This document shows positions 11,780 to 25,799 of a stretch of DNA of 64,000 bases, piece by piece. The position numbers were made by a program, and so were the translations under genes. Location of the stretch: positions 70,368,967-70,432,966 of the forward strand of contig NC_068990.1 of assembly GCF_001194135.2 (NCBI RefSeq), in the 5' to 3' direction. Source of the stretch: Octopus bimaculoides (taxonomy: Eukaryota). Under the pieces are notes generated by a model. It did not search any database, was not told where the DNA came from, and worked only from the letters and a program-made list of their open reading frames with translations. Each line of letters opens with the position of its first letter. The first letter of the stretch is position 1.

Positions 11780-12185
11780 TGGTGTGCTGAGAATTCAGTG
11801 CAGATGTGTAGAAAATGTTCAAATGAAAAATGACTGCATTCCGAAAATTATTTTGTATATTTAACAAGTAGAGGGATACTGCAGTAAAGGAAGATGCATC
11901 CTTAGGTAAAAGGATAAGTTGGAGCAATCACTAAAGACTCTACAGCCTAATTTAACATTATGAGAAAGCCAATGCTTAGATCAACCTGTATGGCATAAAA
12001 TGTGTCATGATGCGTCAAAACAATTTGAGTTGAAAAAACAAAACAATAAAAGAATTATATCTTGCAGTCAACAGACACATTTGCCTAATCCCAGGCAAAA
12101 TCAAAATCATCAGTGTCCCCATTCTGACTTCATTGCAAGATCCATACCTGGATTCAAATTATGTTCGTGCATCCATTGCAAATAG
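11780..12185 (+). mobile_element. Old RTE (BovB-like) LINE C-terminal remnant
   Basis: Reading through stops gives IPKIILYI*QVEGYCSKGRCILR*KDKLEQSLK...LDQPVWHKMCHDASKQFE, then CPHSDFIARSIPG, resembling the RTE C-terminus and its terminal Zn-finger-like motif. Confidence 0.5.
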
Positions 12186-13211
12186 ATACAGCTTCTTTTA
12201 TTTTTAAAGTTGTTTTTTTTTTTTAACCCTCTCCTGAAACCACTCATACATCAAAATTGAGGAAAGAAACCATAATGTTGGTGTATGAAACATAGAACAG
12301 TATAATGGAAGATTTTGTCTTAGTTATAAAGATAAAAAGCTTAAATTTTCTTTTATCATAAATTCACATTTTTTTTTATCATAGAACCAAAAATGATCTG
12401 TAGTTGGTCAGTGTTGAACGAGTTAAAAAAAATTGTTCCTCAGCTATCACTAATACTCTAATTTTCTTATGGCAATGGATATAATTGTTAGGGTCTTTTC
12501 TCTTAAGTTACATAGCCATGACAGCAATCTCTAAACCTTGAAACCTGTGAAAGCAAACTTCTTGGTCATTAAATAAATTTAACATGTGATTATTCTGGTT
12601 AACTTACTATATTAACCTACTATATAATGGCTCTGCCTCCTAGCCATCACTAGATCAAAGGTTTTCTATAAAGTCATTTCATCACAATATTGATGAAGTT
12701 CTGATTCTCACATTAGCAACATGTGGCCTCTTTATCTATCTATTTTCTTTCTCTTTTCACAAGAACAGTTTATTTGTTCTATGATACTCACTTCTTCATT
12801 GGTAACCATCCTTCAGTCTCCTTATCCACATACAACTTCTATTTTCCACTCAAGGCATCCACAGCTGCCATGAACAGAAGCCTCAAAACCTTTACACAGA
12901 AACACTCAACAGTACCGAAATGTAGACTTTATACATCTATGAGAAACAAACCAAAGAGACAGCTCACAGCTAGAAACATATCATTCCTTAAAAACTTGAG
13001 ACCTTATAGTAATATTAGATAATGTTACATTGCTATCATTTATTTTTCATACAACCATTACTGTGTAGCAAATAACTTAGTTAACTTTATCAGAACCAGA
13101 AAATATATCAGATGAGATCAGCTGCTAACTTTATACTCTAGAGTATTGCTTATATAACTGGGATAGGAGAATGTTGTATGCCATATCCAGAAGTAAAGTT
13201 TACAGCTTTAA

Positions 13212-13409
13212 CCCTTTCGTTACCAACCCAGCTGAATCTGGCTCTGGCTCTATAGTACAAATATCTTGTTTTCATAAGTTTTGAATTAAAATCTTCCACC
13301 AAACCTTAGTCACAATTTATGTTCCTAACACTAGCTTAATGATAACTAAGTTATTTTACTAAATTCTTTGTACACAGAGCATCTCAAAATAAATACGGTA
13401 ACGAAAGGG
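13212..13409. mobile_element. piggyBac-type MITE, family 1 (best preserved copy)
   Basis: TTAA|CCCTTTCGTTACC ... GGTAACGAAAGGG|TTAA: perfect 13-bp TIR and TTAA TSD, 198 bp. Confidence 0.92.
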
Positions 13410-13654
13410 TTAAAATCCTCATTTAATAGCCCTTTATTATAGTATACTGTGGTCCAGTGTAGAGGAGTTTCTTTAGTTTATCTCTTGTTTCTTTTCTTAA
13501 ACAAATACTGACCCTTACTTAGATGTATATACATCAGGAAAGCTTTGTGAGTCAGTGGAAATGCACCATATGCTTTTTTTTCAACTGACTACAAAAACTC
13601 TTGTCTCAGACTCAAAGCTAATGTTGTCGTCATCGCCGCTGCCATCACTGCTAC

Positions 13655-13865
13655 GTGGCAGAATTGTTAGAGCCTTAGACAAAATGCTTTCCTATATTTC
13701 TTCTAACTCTTTGCATTCTGGGTTCAAATTCCATTCATTTTAGCTTTTACTTTTCATCCTTCCAGGGTTAATAAAAGAAAGTACCAGTCAAGTACTGGAG
13801 TCAATAGTATCAACTCACCTCTTCCCCCTCAAAATTGCTGGCCTTGTGCCTAAATCATAAATCAT
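13655..13865 (+). mobile_element. SINE family C copy; another at about 14290-14460
   Basis: ggcagaattgttag...ttctgggttcaaattcc...ttttcatccttccagggt...aagtaccagt...gctggccttgtgcc. Confidence 0.75.
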
Positions 13866-13869
13866 TTTT

Positions 13870-14160
13870 ATTATAAAGTATTGCAAGCTACTTTAATCAA
13901 CAGGGATGTTGTTTTGAGGTTTGGTGACCACAAGTCTCAGATCTCAAGAATCTTTCTTAGGATTATTGTAGACTGTAGGATTGGACATTTCTACAGGTCA
14001 ACAATGCAAGTCTCAGTTTCAGTATTTCTCAGTCTCTTAGGTAGCAGTTTGGGTGTTGTGCCAACTTCACCTGCTGCTACAGGAGTAATCGTCACCCTTA
14101 TTTTCCACAATCTTTTCATCTCTCTCACTAGATCATGATCTCAATATTTGAAATTTCTTT
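13870..14160 (-). mobile_element. R4/Dong-clade (RLE) LINE 3'-end fragment
   Basis: Minus strand reads DLVREMKRLWKIRVTITPVAAGEVGTTPKLLPKRL...L*KCPILQSTIILRKILEI*, the typical RLE C-terminus. Confidence 0.6.
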
Positions 14161-14462
14161 GGTATCCACTTTGTTACCACATGGTAATTGCAAAGTCTAT
14201 ATAACATTACTCTTTTTTTTTTTTGTCCCCTCCAACTGTTGCTGTTGTAGTTATGTTATGTATGATTATTGTTGTTATTATTATTATTATAACAAGCAGC
14301 CAGAATCATTAGCATGCTGGACAAAATGGCTGTATGTTCTGAGTTCAAATTTTGCTGAAGTTGACTCTGCCTTTCATTCATTTGAATACTGAGGTTGAAG
14401 CAATTGACTAATTCTCATCCCCTTAAATTTGCTGACCTTGTGCCAAAGTTTGACATTTTTAC

Positions 14463-14507
<45 letters not shown>

Positions 14508-14530
14508 CATTATCGTTATTATTATTATTA
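14463..14530. repeat. (TAT)n microsatellite
   Basis: Direct reading. Confidence 0.95.
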
Positions 14531-15024
14531 ATCACACAAATGAGATAAATGATTAAACACTAAATGTCTGTATTTTCTGTTTGACTTTTCATAATTGGTA
14601 AAATCCATCCATGAAGAATAACTCTTTTAATTCTCTTTAATTAGATTGTGGAATGGAGGTTATCCTTTCCCAAGAGTTTTATTGATTTAAGTGAAATGAT
14701 TCTAAGCAGGAATCATAATATTCATAGACTCAGCTTGCCTACAACTTGCTAAAATTGTACAGCATTCCCCTAAGAGTATAGTATGTGCATGCGCGCACAC
14801 ACACATACAGACATACATACGCATGCACACACCTGCGCATGCACACACCTGCGCATGCACACACACACACGCACACACAAAATAAATAAATGAGTAAATA
14901 AGATAAATAATTAAACATTTTTGTAGTAATTTTTTTTTAGCTATTATTTCTGTTAAACAAATATTATGAAAAAATATTGTATGAAATAATTGGGGGTTTC
15001 TATGCTTTATTGTAAATGGACACA

Positions 15025-15400
15025 GGTATGGTTGTGTGGTTAAGTAGCCATGCATTTTGGGTTCAATCTGATTCCACAGCACCTTGGGCAAGTAGTTTTT
15101 TTGCTATTGCCTGGAGCTGACCAATGCTTTGTAAGGGAAATTTGTTGATGGAAACTGAGTGGAAGTTTGGTGTGTGTGTGTGTGCCTTTGTATATGTTTT
15201 TTTTTTACCTCCCCTACTGTCTTCTTGACAACTAGTGTTGGTTTGTTTACACCCCCATAATTTAGCGGTCCAACAAAAAAAGACTGATAGAGTATCAGAC
15301 TTAAAAATAAAACTTAAATACTGGACTCGATTTGTTTGACTAAAAGACTCTTCAAGGCAGTACTCTAGCATTGCCACAGTCCAGGATTGAAACAGTTAAA
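15025..15400 (+). mobile_element. SINE family A, full-length and degenerate (non-RTE tail)
   Basis: Head, cagcaccttgggcaagt core, (GT)n, then tail cttgacaactagtgttggtttgtttacacccc...aggattgaaacag. Confidence 0.75.
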
Positions 15401-15575
15401 AAATGTAAAATGAGGAAATATTGTTCTTTTTCTTTTAATGTTTTACTGAAAATAGCCATCATGGGTTTTGAGTTTAATTCTAACTTCAATTGTTTGAAAC
15501 AAGGACAAAACAGAAAATTAACTAATTTTGTGTTATCTTCTTACTTCTAACCCAATGTCTAAATTAATACTTTAA

Positions 15576-15780
15576 CCCTTTAGCATATCCAGTCAAAATA
15601 ATCTTGTTTTATCTTCAAATTGGCCACATCCAGCCTCACACATTTACTCTGCAATATTATTCTAAAAATAAACAATCATATCATTGAAAAGCTCAAAGCT
15701 ACAAGGTAATGTATGACTAACTCAAATTAATGTAAATAAACAAGCATTACATTTGGCAGAAAAATCTGACTGCTAAAGGG
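15576..15780. mobile_element. piggyBac-type MITE, family 2
   Basis: TTAA|CCCTTTAGCA ... TGCTAAAGGG|TTAA: perfect 10-bp TIR, 205 bp, interior different from family 1. Confidence 0.9.
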
Positions 15781-16361
15781 TTAATAGATCCAGCCTTATT
15801 TTACAAATTATATCAATGTCTCTGACAGTAAACTGAGAATTTGATTTATAGCACTTATTTCTTCAAGTAAAAACAGTCATTGTAAATACCATTGGGCTCC
15901 AGATATATAGGATGTGGTGGTAGACTAGATCTACTGAGGCTATGGTGGCATAATGTGGCCTTTTGATACCAATAGGGCTCCAACAGCAAAATTATCAGCA
16001 GGAAAACTGCAGACCAGCCCAGCAAGCCAACTTGTCCAGAGAAGAAGAAGTCATGCACAGCTAGATGTCTTGTGAAATGTAGTTCTTCATTGCCTAGCTT
16101 CACATCCCTGTTCCATGCTTACTGCCTGCCTTCTGTACTCATGTACCAATCTTTCAAACAGTCATGTGCCTTCATAACTCTTTTTCAATGTTCTGGCATG
16201 TTACCCAGCATCCAGTGTGACTTACTGAATTCCCACTTCCTTCTCTTGCCAACATGTTAATTAGCATCAATACTATTACAGAGACTTGCTAAATGTTGTC
16301 ACATAGCTGCAGCTGCTAGTGTTTCTTAATTGACCACCTCTCAACTGAACATCTGTTCATA

Positions 16362-16705
16362 CATCATCATCGTTTAACATCCGCTTTCCATGCTAGCATG
16401 AGTTGGACGATTTGACTGAGGACTGGTGAAACCAGATGGCTACACCAGGCTCCAATCTAATTTGGCAGAGTTTCTACTGCTGGATGCCCTTCCTAATGCC
16501 AACCACTCTGAGAGTGTAGTGGGTACTTTTACATGCCACCGGCACGAAGGCTAGTCAGGCAGTATTGGCAACGGCCATGCTCAAAATGGTGTATTTTACG
16601 TGCCACCTGCACAGCAGCCAGTTCGGTGGCACTGGCAACGATCTCGTTCAAATGTCTTTACATGTGCCATCCAGCACAAGTACCAGAAAGGCGATGCTGG
16701 GCATG
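16362..16705 (-). mobile_element. RTE LINE 3' tail fragment
   Basis: catcatcatcgtttaacatccgctttccatgctagcatg... is the reverse complement of the terminus at 1-832. Confidence 0.85.
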
Positions 16706-19700
16706 TGCAGCTTGCTGTCACAGTAGCTAGAACTTTATTCACTCTTTCATAACAATATGTAGTGGGTGTTAAACCCAGTGATATATTAGATCTAACCATG
16801 ACTGTGGTGCTCTCAAACTTCAACAATCATTTCTAATGAGACTAGGGTTTTCATTTCACATTTGAGGTGAATTCATTTAGGTGATGCAGCAAATTCCCAA
16901 GAAGAGAGTTCATGAACATCAAACGTTCCTATTTATTTTTTCAGTAAATCTGTGCTCTTGATCTTAAGATAGCAATTATTAGATGGACAGCTGTAGCAAA
17001 AGACCACCAGAATAGATACTTCAGTATTTCATTTAGCTGAGTTCAAATCAAGTGCTGATTTGCTCTGACTCTTATCTTCCCAGACTGTTATATAATACAT
17101 CATTAAATAATACATAATATACATTATTAAATTGACTTTACTGCTCCTTTACAAACTTAATTTTAAACTTAGTTGAGAGAAATTCATAATTATTCTATAT
17201 TATTATTTTTATTTTATTATGAGCTTTACATTCAATGTCATAGAGAACACCTGGTATTAAATATGATGTAGTGGTTCTAGAGTCAAAACAATTCTAAAAT
17301 CATATGTGCTTCTCTAAGACTCATTTCATAACTCTCTTCTTGCTGCTAACAAGAAGAGAGTTATGATAAGCAAGACAAATGATAACAGTTAATGTAAGAA
17401 TTTTCTGTCAGACAAAATTTATGAACTCTGTTTACTTAGGCATATTTATTCACCTCATGAGGATGTTTTTCAAGAATCCTTTAAAAAAATATTATGTTTA
17501 GCATTTTTTTTTTTTTTTTAAACTTGAGAATTCTCTAAATTACCAGTTCACATTGATGCAACCCAAAAGTTTTTCTTTACAATCTCTATATTTCAGAAGA
17601 CTATTTGATGACAAAACTTCAGTACAATTTCAGAAAATGCTATGCTTTTTTGATTTAATAAAATAACTATAACTATTTTTAAATTAATAGAATACCTAAG
17701 TGTAAAAAAATTCTCCAAATTGATAATATAGTATTTGATCTAAATTGATTAAAGTGAATTATTTGCCAGGTGATGAGTTCAAACAGATATAATGTTTTGC
17801 TGTTTTTATCCAACTTTAATTGCAAAAATCTTGAAGCCATGGTTATATTAAATAATTCAGGTGGTGTACCAAATGACATAACCAGGTATATGTAATGGCA
17901 TATTGAATATCATATTCAAACTTGCAAAACTGGAATGTTTAACTCCATGGAAATAAAAACCCCACCCCACAAAGTTCCTAAAAACCAATGAATTGCCTTT
18001 AATGTTCCTTTTATCTCTTTCTTTACCTAGAGTATTCTTTCATCATATGACATAGATATTAATGATTTGTTGAGGATGCACAGTCTGTTATTACTTTTTA
18101 GTTTTGAACCTAGCCAGATTCTCTCCAGCTTTGCCAGGATATAAAAATAAATAGAAGATAAAACAGTAAAAAAAAAAAAAAATCCCATATGAAAAATTAT
18201 CCTGTCATTGTAGTAAAATTCTCTTTTCTGCAGAATATGGACTGAATGTTCTGGAATCCTTTGATCTTTTATTCTCCAATATTAACTTGGTTTTATTGAA
18301 TATTTTTTATCTTCTCTACTAATCCCATTTCTAGAAGAGACTTTGCTAAATGTGTCAGGAATGTCTGATTCCATCTGACAATTCTTAGCCATCTTCCTTT
18401 TCTCCTGGTTTATTCTTGAATAAAGGAAATTATACTGAATGTGAAAACTCTATCACTGTTATCTCTTCCTATGTACATTGATGTACATCAACCATGCACA
18501 GAGGTGTATTGATGACTGACATACACTAACATGCTGACATAAGATACATAAGGAGCTCTATAAGTATGTCAGAATATTGTCTTCTTTTAGCTTTTCTTTG
18601 AAGTAAGTGTGCACATACTCTCTGTCCGTCTGTCTGTCTGTCTGTCTCTCTGTCTCTCTCTCTCTATATATATATATATAAAGAAAATTGTGAAATAAAT
18701 TTTCAAAAGGCTGAATACTTTATTAGATGTGTATTTTATATATTTAATGTCTACTTTTTGGCTTCCTCTATTATCTCTGTACCCCCCACCTCATCTTCCA
18801 GATATCTAAATCTTGTGTTTCTGTCTTTCATTTATTTTCTTTTTCTTGTTTGCTCTGTCAAACTGCTTTTTTTTTTCTTCTAAATTTAATGGTACCACAG
18901 CATGGCTACAACCTCTGGCTAAAATCAGTAAAAGAATAACAGAATATATACAACTTCCTACTTTTGCTATGAAGACCTTTATCAACTGTGAAGTAGTGGT
19001 CAAGTCTATAATCAGTTGTGTTTTATCCATGACCATCCTGTTTAGGATTACATGTCACTTTAAAACAATAGGATATCACTTGAAGGAGTTTAGCTGTTGT
19101 TTCTAGCAGATTAAGTAATTGTAGAGAGGCTTTCTGACCAGTTAATTTTCACTAACATGAAGCCGAACTATAATGTAAAAATTTTTAAGGTGTATTTACA
19201 CTTCCTTCACAGGGCCTAATTACTTATTCACATTCCTCTTCTCACTATCCTCACCTCTTCCTCTCGCTCAAACTCTTCCATTAGTTCAATTAATTCCATT
19301 TATAAATGCATTCTCTTCCGCTCTTTCCCTTTCTCTGTGTCTATCTAACTATCTATCTCTAGCCATCATCCAAGATACCATACAGAGTTACAACAACCTC
19401 CAGCTGCATTCTAAAATATTTTACTAAACCAAATTCAAGTCTTCTATTTGGCAATAAAGCAATTCTTTGTAGAATATTCCAGGATTGTGTATCATTCCTG
19501 TTGGGAGGTGATTCTATGAAGAATCCTTTGGAAAATGATCAAAAACATGCAGAAATAATTCTGCCATTTCACACTAACCCAACCCATATTCATTCTCTCA
19601 ATTTTATGAGATTTATTTAAAATTTCTAACCATTTTTTTTTCTTTTTTTAAATAGAGTTGAAATTTGTTTCAGTCTCTGTTTTCTGAAGCCAGTGAGAAA

Positions 19701-20211
19701 AATGTCTATGCAATCTTTGCTAGAATATTAACTCATTTCAGGTTATATTATACAATTACATCTCTGACCAGAAGTTCTACAAAACAGTGAAACAGTACAA
19801 CATGCATTCAGTCAGTCTTAACTAACTTACTTTCCCTCAATGAGGATGTCTGTACATGGTCACTCAACATGTTAGAAATTGCAACCTACAACTTTTTTTA
19901 AAAGAAAGAGAAAAACATATTAGATGCCTTGATTTCTAGAGATTTCTAGAGAAAGCCAAAAAGTTGGGATTGTCATAACTGGAATGCCTTCTAATCACAG
20001 GTCTATTTGGCAGCTGGGTCTGATAATTGTCTTATAAATCATAGAGACATTTAGCTGTAAGGTCGCTTTACAGAATTTGAGCCATGTTACTCTAGGGCTT
20101 GGGTTTAATCGTAATGAATATAGTTTCTGCTAATTGAGTAGCAAAACATTTTCAAAGTACTAACAATGCAATTTACCACTATTCTTAAGACATCATTATA
20201 ACCATTGTCAC

Positions 20212-20340
20212 TACCATCATCATCATCATCATCATCATTGTTTTACATCTACTTTTCCATGCTAGCATAGGTTAGATAGGTTTTTTTGAGCCAGTATTTT
20301 TTACAGCTGTATGCCCTTCCTGTTACCAATCCTTTTAGTT
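20212..20340 (-). mobile_element. Short RTE-type tail fragment
   Basis: (CAT)n then ttttccatgctagcataggttag...gtatgcccttcctgttaccaa. Confidence 0.6.
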
Positions 20341-22199
20341 GCCTCTTGTAACATGTAGGAACACAGTGTATGTATTCTTGAACAGGGTATGCATTGTTTC
20401 ATTTAATATTTCTATTTTCATGTATACATGATTAATTATCCCTTTCATGAATCTTTGAGATACACAAAACAAGAGCTTTTGTCTTTAACCTTCACTGTGT
20501 TGATTAAATTTTTTGCATGAAAGCTGATGGTGTATGATCCTAATCATATGTGAATCAGTTTTGCAACCTCTTTCTAACGGCCTGCAAAAATGAAATGTTT
20601 GCACTATGTATATAAAATGTGGAGAATTCCAGAAAATACCCTTCTATCAGAAATGAGTTAATTTGGTTCCTGGATCTCAAGTGCACATGCATAGGGCTGA
20701 GTATACTCAGTTTCTGTACAGTAACAAACTTGACAAATTTCTCTGAGACTAAGACTAGTCTATTAAGGGGCATAGTTTGGAGCAGATGGATGTGAGCCAA
20801 AAATAATTTTTAATCACTTGAAATTACTCATGTAATTAGAAGAAAAGATCATTAACATGACAAGTTTTATCAAGACAGGTAAGGGAAAGAACTTTGAAAT
20901 CTGACAACTTAAATAGAAAAATGTAATGTGGGAATAATTCTGATCTTTTGGTAGGTACAGTAACTCCAAATATCTTCAGTGAATTATGATTTTATATATA
21001 TGTACCAAATCTTAGAAATGACTTGAGAAGGCATAGCTTTTATGTGAAATTTAATCTGATGGTTAACTTGCCTAGAAAAGGGTATGTGTCTATTTCTTTA
21101 CCAAATGAAAATTGATCTAAAACAGGATTAGTATTCTTGCATTCATAGAGAATAGTAGCACTTGTTCTTGAGTTAGCCTTGACAGTAATTAAGTACCTTA
21201 CTTATAGGACATATGGATTGGACTCATCCAATTACAAGTATCATTGTATCAACAATAAGCTCACTAAGAACATTATGTAAATGAGTTATTGTGTATACAA
21301 TGGAAGTTGTACATACAATATATAATATTGTACAATATTGTATATGCAATGGAAGTTAAGGTTTTACTGTTGAAAGTTTTCATTTTAATTTATGTTCACC
21401 CAAATCAGCATTTGAGTAATTTTTCAGGTTAAATATTAAAAGATCAAAGTAAAATATTTCAGTGACAGTGAAGTAGATGTAGATATCAGTGGAAGGGTTT
21501 AAACCACTCATGATGATAACTACGCAGTAAGAATGTGAAATAACTGGATGGAAAAGATTTCTTGCTAGTATAATTTAGAAGCACTGATGATGATAATAAC
21601 AATGATAATAGAAATGAGGATAATGTTAACAGTTTTGATAATAATAATAATAATAATAATGGCAACACTGGTTGGAGAAAAGACAACAGAATTGAAAACT
21701 AAAATGTTTTTCACCAGAAGCCAGTCAATCTATTAGGCAGATTGAATAATTTAATAAAATAAACAAGTAAGAGTTGCCAATATCTTGTTGAAATTTTCTT
21801 CAAACTAGAAATAAAACCAGCAGCTGTTAGAAATTTATCACACTGGTCTTCATAAAATGAAATTGCGATTTGAAAACTGAGGTTGCTAAATAATGAGATA
21901 CAAAAACGTTTGAAATGAGGAAGTTTAACTACTATGAAATTCATTGAGGCTAGTCTGTATGCATGTATGTATTAGGTTTAGCCATATTTCTAACGAAGTA
22001 CACCACCTATGACTTTAGATTAATTTTGAATATAGTTAGAAATTTAGTGAGGTTTAGTAAAAGAACTAACATTTTCCTTATTAAACCAAGGTTTTTTTTA
22101 CACAACAAAACAAAAGACTCTAAGATTATGATGGAAAGTTTTAAGTATGAATACTATAAAATATGACATTTTCTCTCATAGAATCATATAATGATTTTG

Positions 22200-22325
22200 T
22201 ACAGTTACCGTTTACTAAATTCCACTTCCAATGCATTTGTCAACCTGAGGCTTTGGTGGAAGGCAACCACTCAACAGTGCATTTGATTGTGAAGCATACT
22301 TACCAAACACACAGCCATGTCCTCA
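22200..22325 (-). mobile_element. Degenerate SINE family A head; another at about 25660-25795
   Basis: ttactaaattccact...aacctgaggct...ttaccaaacacacagccatg; the second copy has cttcttaaccacacagtcatgcctg. Confidence 0.5.
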
Positions 22326-22578
22326 TATTATTTTCTTGAAAAAAAAAAAGTCACCTTATATTAGTCCCAGTTGCACTTTAGCTTGAATATCTTTCATGAT
22401 AGCTCTGCTCAAATGGGACTGCATTAAATGATGATGATGTATTACTCTGAGGAATTAGAGGCTGTTAAAGATCAGAACTGGTCCAAAATAGGAGTGATAA
22501 CTAGTTCCTATTCTAACATTGGTTAGGGGTTTCTTCCATCTAATTGCCCCAAATGCTAATTTCTAAACCCAGTGGATA

Positions 22579-22613
<35 letters not shown>

Positions 22614-23154
22614 CAAGAGTACACAGTATGGAGTTAATAGTTTTACACATGCTGTAAGGTAGAATCAGAGATAGCAGATGTTAGAGAGATTGTTTCTTCT
22701 TTACAAATGAACCACTAAAACTACTGACTATACACTGTGTACTTTTTTTTTTTTCTCTTTGGTTTTGTTTTGTTCCTGGTACATTTTCATCAGATTACCA
22801 ACCATACCGACACAGGCATTTAGATTATTGGATTACACTGGACTTTTTTATTGTTATCACACTTGTTAACAGCTCACTTCAACTGAAATGTTGTTTGCTG
22901 ACTTTAATAAATGTATTTTCATTTAATACTTAAATATTTAAAACATATCTCAGCTATTTCGTAGCAATTTATAGATTTTTCTTTGTTTTGATCTTTCTTT
23001 TTCTAACAGGCCTATCCAGTATTCTTAGCCAAGAATAAATACCATTGCAAATTTACTTTGGTACCATTCCAATATAGTAATTTTAACTTGCTTCAGATAA
23101 TACCTCCTAGTACATTTCTAATTTTAAGTGAAATTTTCAATCTTACTCTCCCCT

Positions 23155-23155
<1 letters not shown>

Positions 23156-23200
<45 letters not shown>
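23156..23200. repeat. (CT)n microsatellite
   Basis: Direct reading. Confidence 0.95.
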
Positions 23201-23205
<5 letters not shown>

Positions 23206-23859
23206 CTCTCTCTTTCTCTTTTTCACTCTCCTCCTCTCTTCCTCCTTGTGCCAGTGTCTGTGGTTATTTTCTTTAGAATATTTCATCAATATTTCATTCT
23301 GTCTATTCTTTTAGTTTTATTCTGGTTATGAAGTAATGTAAATAACCCTGACCCTACATGATGTGTCTGAACCTATTTATTCACTCAGTCATTATGTTCA
23401 TTGCAATTCTTCTATTTCAACTATGTTCTTTTTTCTACAATTCTCTTGCTGTTTCCAATTTGTTTCATTCCATGCAATATTTACTTAACTTGCTGTTCTT
23501 AAGAAACATTTGTGGGTAATTTACTGTATTACAAATAAAATAAATGCTATTGTTACTTTGCCTTCTCTTGAAATACCCATCATATATTTTTACACAGAAA
23601 ACAAAGGAGCTCCTTTGTGGTCATATGTAGGATTGTGATTTTATGTAAGGAAGTGTGTTTCTTGGTTTAGCTGTTCTGTACAGTCTGCTATTGTATTGAT
23701 TATAGCAATTTTACTTGTCAGTTTAACATAATTAGAAACCATAAATTGTTTATGTATTTGACTCTGTTGACAGACAAATCATTAATCACTGCATAATGTA
23801 TTCTACTTTAACAGAAATGATTTTAACATGGATGTGTTTTTGTTACAATTCAATATTTA

Positions 23860-24400
23860 TAATTTGTATTTTTGTCTCAACTCAGAAATTATTAACCATA
23901 ACCATATGTAATTATTTGACCAAAACCACATATAATTTTGTCACAGACCAATGATTCTTAATCCCTACTATAAATTGTTATGTCTAAGTCTAGCAAATAT
24001 TAACTATAATTATAAGTATTTTCATCACAAGCCTGTGATTATTAACCATTATTATAAATACTGAATTTTTGTTTCAACCCAATGGCTATTAGCTATAACC
24101 CTACGTATTTTTGTATCAGCTCTGTAATAGTTAACCATGCTCACATTTTTATGTCAAGTTAACAATTGTTATCCTTACCCATATGTATTTTTGTCACAAG
24201 CCAGTGAATTTTAATTGCCATGAAAATGCTGTTCCTATGCCAATGGTTGTTTGTAAATTGCCATATGGTGTTTCTTTTCACAAGCTATTTTTGAAAAATC
24301 TATTTCCTAGAGATTTTAGTCTCAAGATAGTGGTTGTTAACCATTTTATTACCTCATGTATCTTTGTATCAAACCAGTAGTTTCTGGTTCACCCGTGGCC
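23860..24400. repeat. Degenerate minisatellite, period about 40-43 bp
   Basis: Recurrent tatttttgtcacaagccagtgattattaaccat-like unit at spacings of about 39-47 bp and multiples of that. Confidence 0.6.
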
Positions 24401-25799
24401 AACTTTTGGTGCAGCTATGATCAAAGATATTCCAAACATAACTAATTTATCTTTTTACATATCAAGGACTAGATGTGTATCATACTTTTTTAAGATGGTA
24501 GGGTGTAATTTGATTGACTTTGATTGCTATTTCAGCAGGCTGAAATAGTAATAAGGCTGAACTAGCATAAGAGCACTCTTTTTGAATTGGCAAACCAAAA
24601 GTGATTTACCAGTGCACAACACATATTTGTCACAAGTCAGTCTTAAATGAACATTGCCAAATGTATTTTAGTATAAAGACTAGTTTGAGAAATAAAGACA
24701 TAGCACAAACCAATGGCACTTAAGATATATTTCACTATCGAGACTTTTTGGCTGATAATAACTATTGCAAATTATTTTTAGTTACAAAGCAATCTTTCTT
24801 TGATTCATATTTTCATGAAGAGATTTACTTCTTTCAAATTCTCTTTAAGTTATTGAATAAAGTAATACAAAGCAATCTTTTGACAACAAAAGAACAAGCA
24901 GAATGCACAGATAGTGTTGATTGTTCACAAAGACTACCTAGCTTTATTTGTTCTAAAGTAGTATGTGCATACAATGTGAAATATATATAGATACCTGAAT
25001 TTATATGTGTATAGACCTGTGTATATGTGAACTAGCTTTGGAAATTATGTATTATGAAATTAAAATAGTTCTTTATATATATATGAATACCCCATTCTGC
25101 AAAGGACTAGCAAACATATATATGTATGAAATCACACACATGTGTACATGCACACAAATCAAGACAATTGCAACAGTAATTCTTAGCTAAGAACACATTC
25201 TACTTTGTCAAAGGTCTTTCACAGGAGGTGAAAAAGGAATTAGGTGTAGAGGAATGGTATGTGAAAACCTTTTAAGGTATTGATGAGGGTACTTTTAGGT
25301 TAGGGTTGGGGTTGGCAACAATTTTAATGGAGAATTTAGAGTTGATAATCAGTAGAAAAATGTTTCAAGTACAGAATCCAAAGGCCCACAACAAACTGCT
25401 ACTTGAGTCAGAGATGATGAGAATTCCTTATGCAAACTAAGAAGTGGCATCATTCAGTCTTGACTGTGTTCTTTATGCATTTTTATTTTTAATAGTTTAG
25501 TCAGAGTAGGAAGGATTTCCATGATCAGTAGAGATGAGGATGAAGTTATTTTCATACTAGGGATTGAGACCATATGCATTTAACAAGTTAGATTCCATTC
25601 AAGTCATCCAAAAGCTGCTGATAGATTAAGTATACAGCCCAAGAACTGAAATACTCCCTCCAATAGTTTTCACAGTTTCTATCCTCTTAATTTCATTAGC
25701 ATAGCTTTAGTTGGCCCTAGGGACTCTGCTGTTGGACTAAACTTGAAAACATGTAGTTGTGAGATAGACTTCTTAACCACACAGTCATGCCTGTACCCT

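Noticed and set aside
25277-25298. IDEGTF+AG|gt, resembling the missing upstream E1 exon (IDExLYS)
   Set aside because: There is an in-frame TAA immediately upstream, no polypyrimidine acceptor, and the conserved LY is absent.
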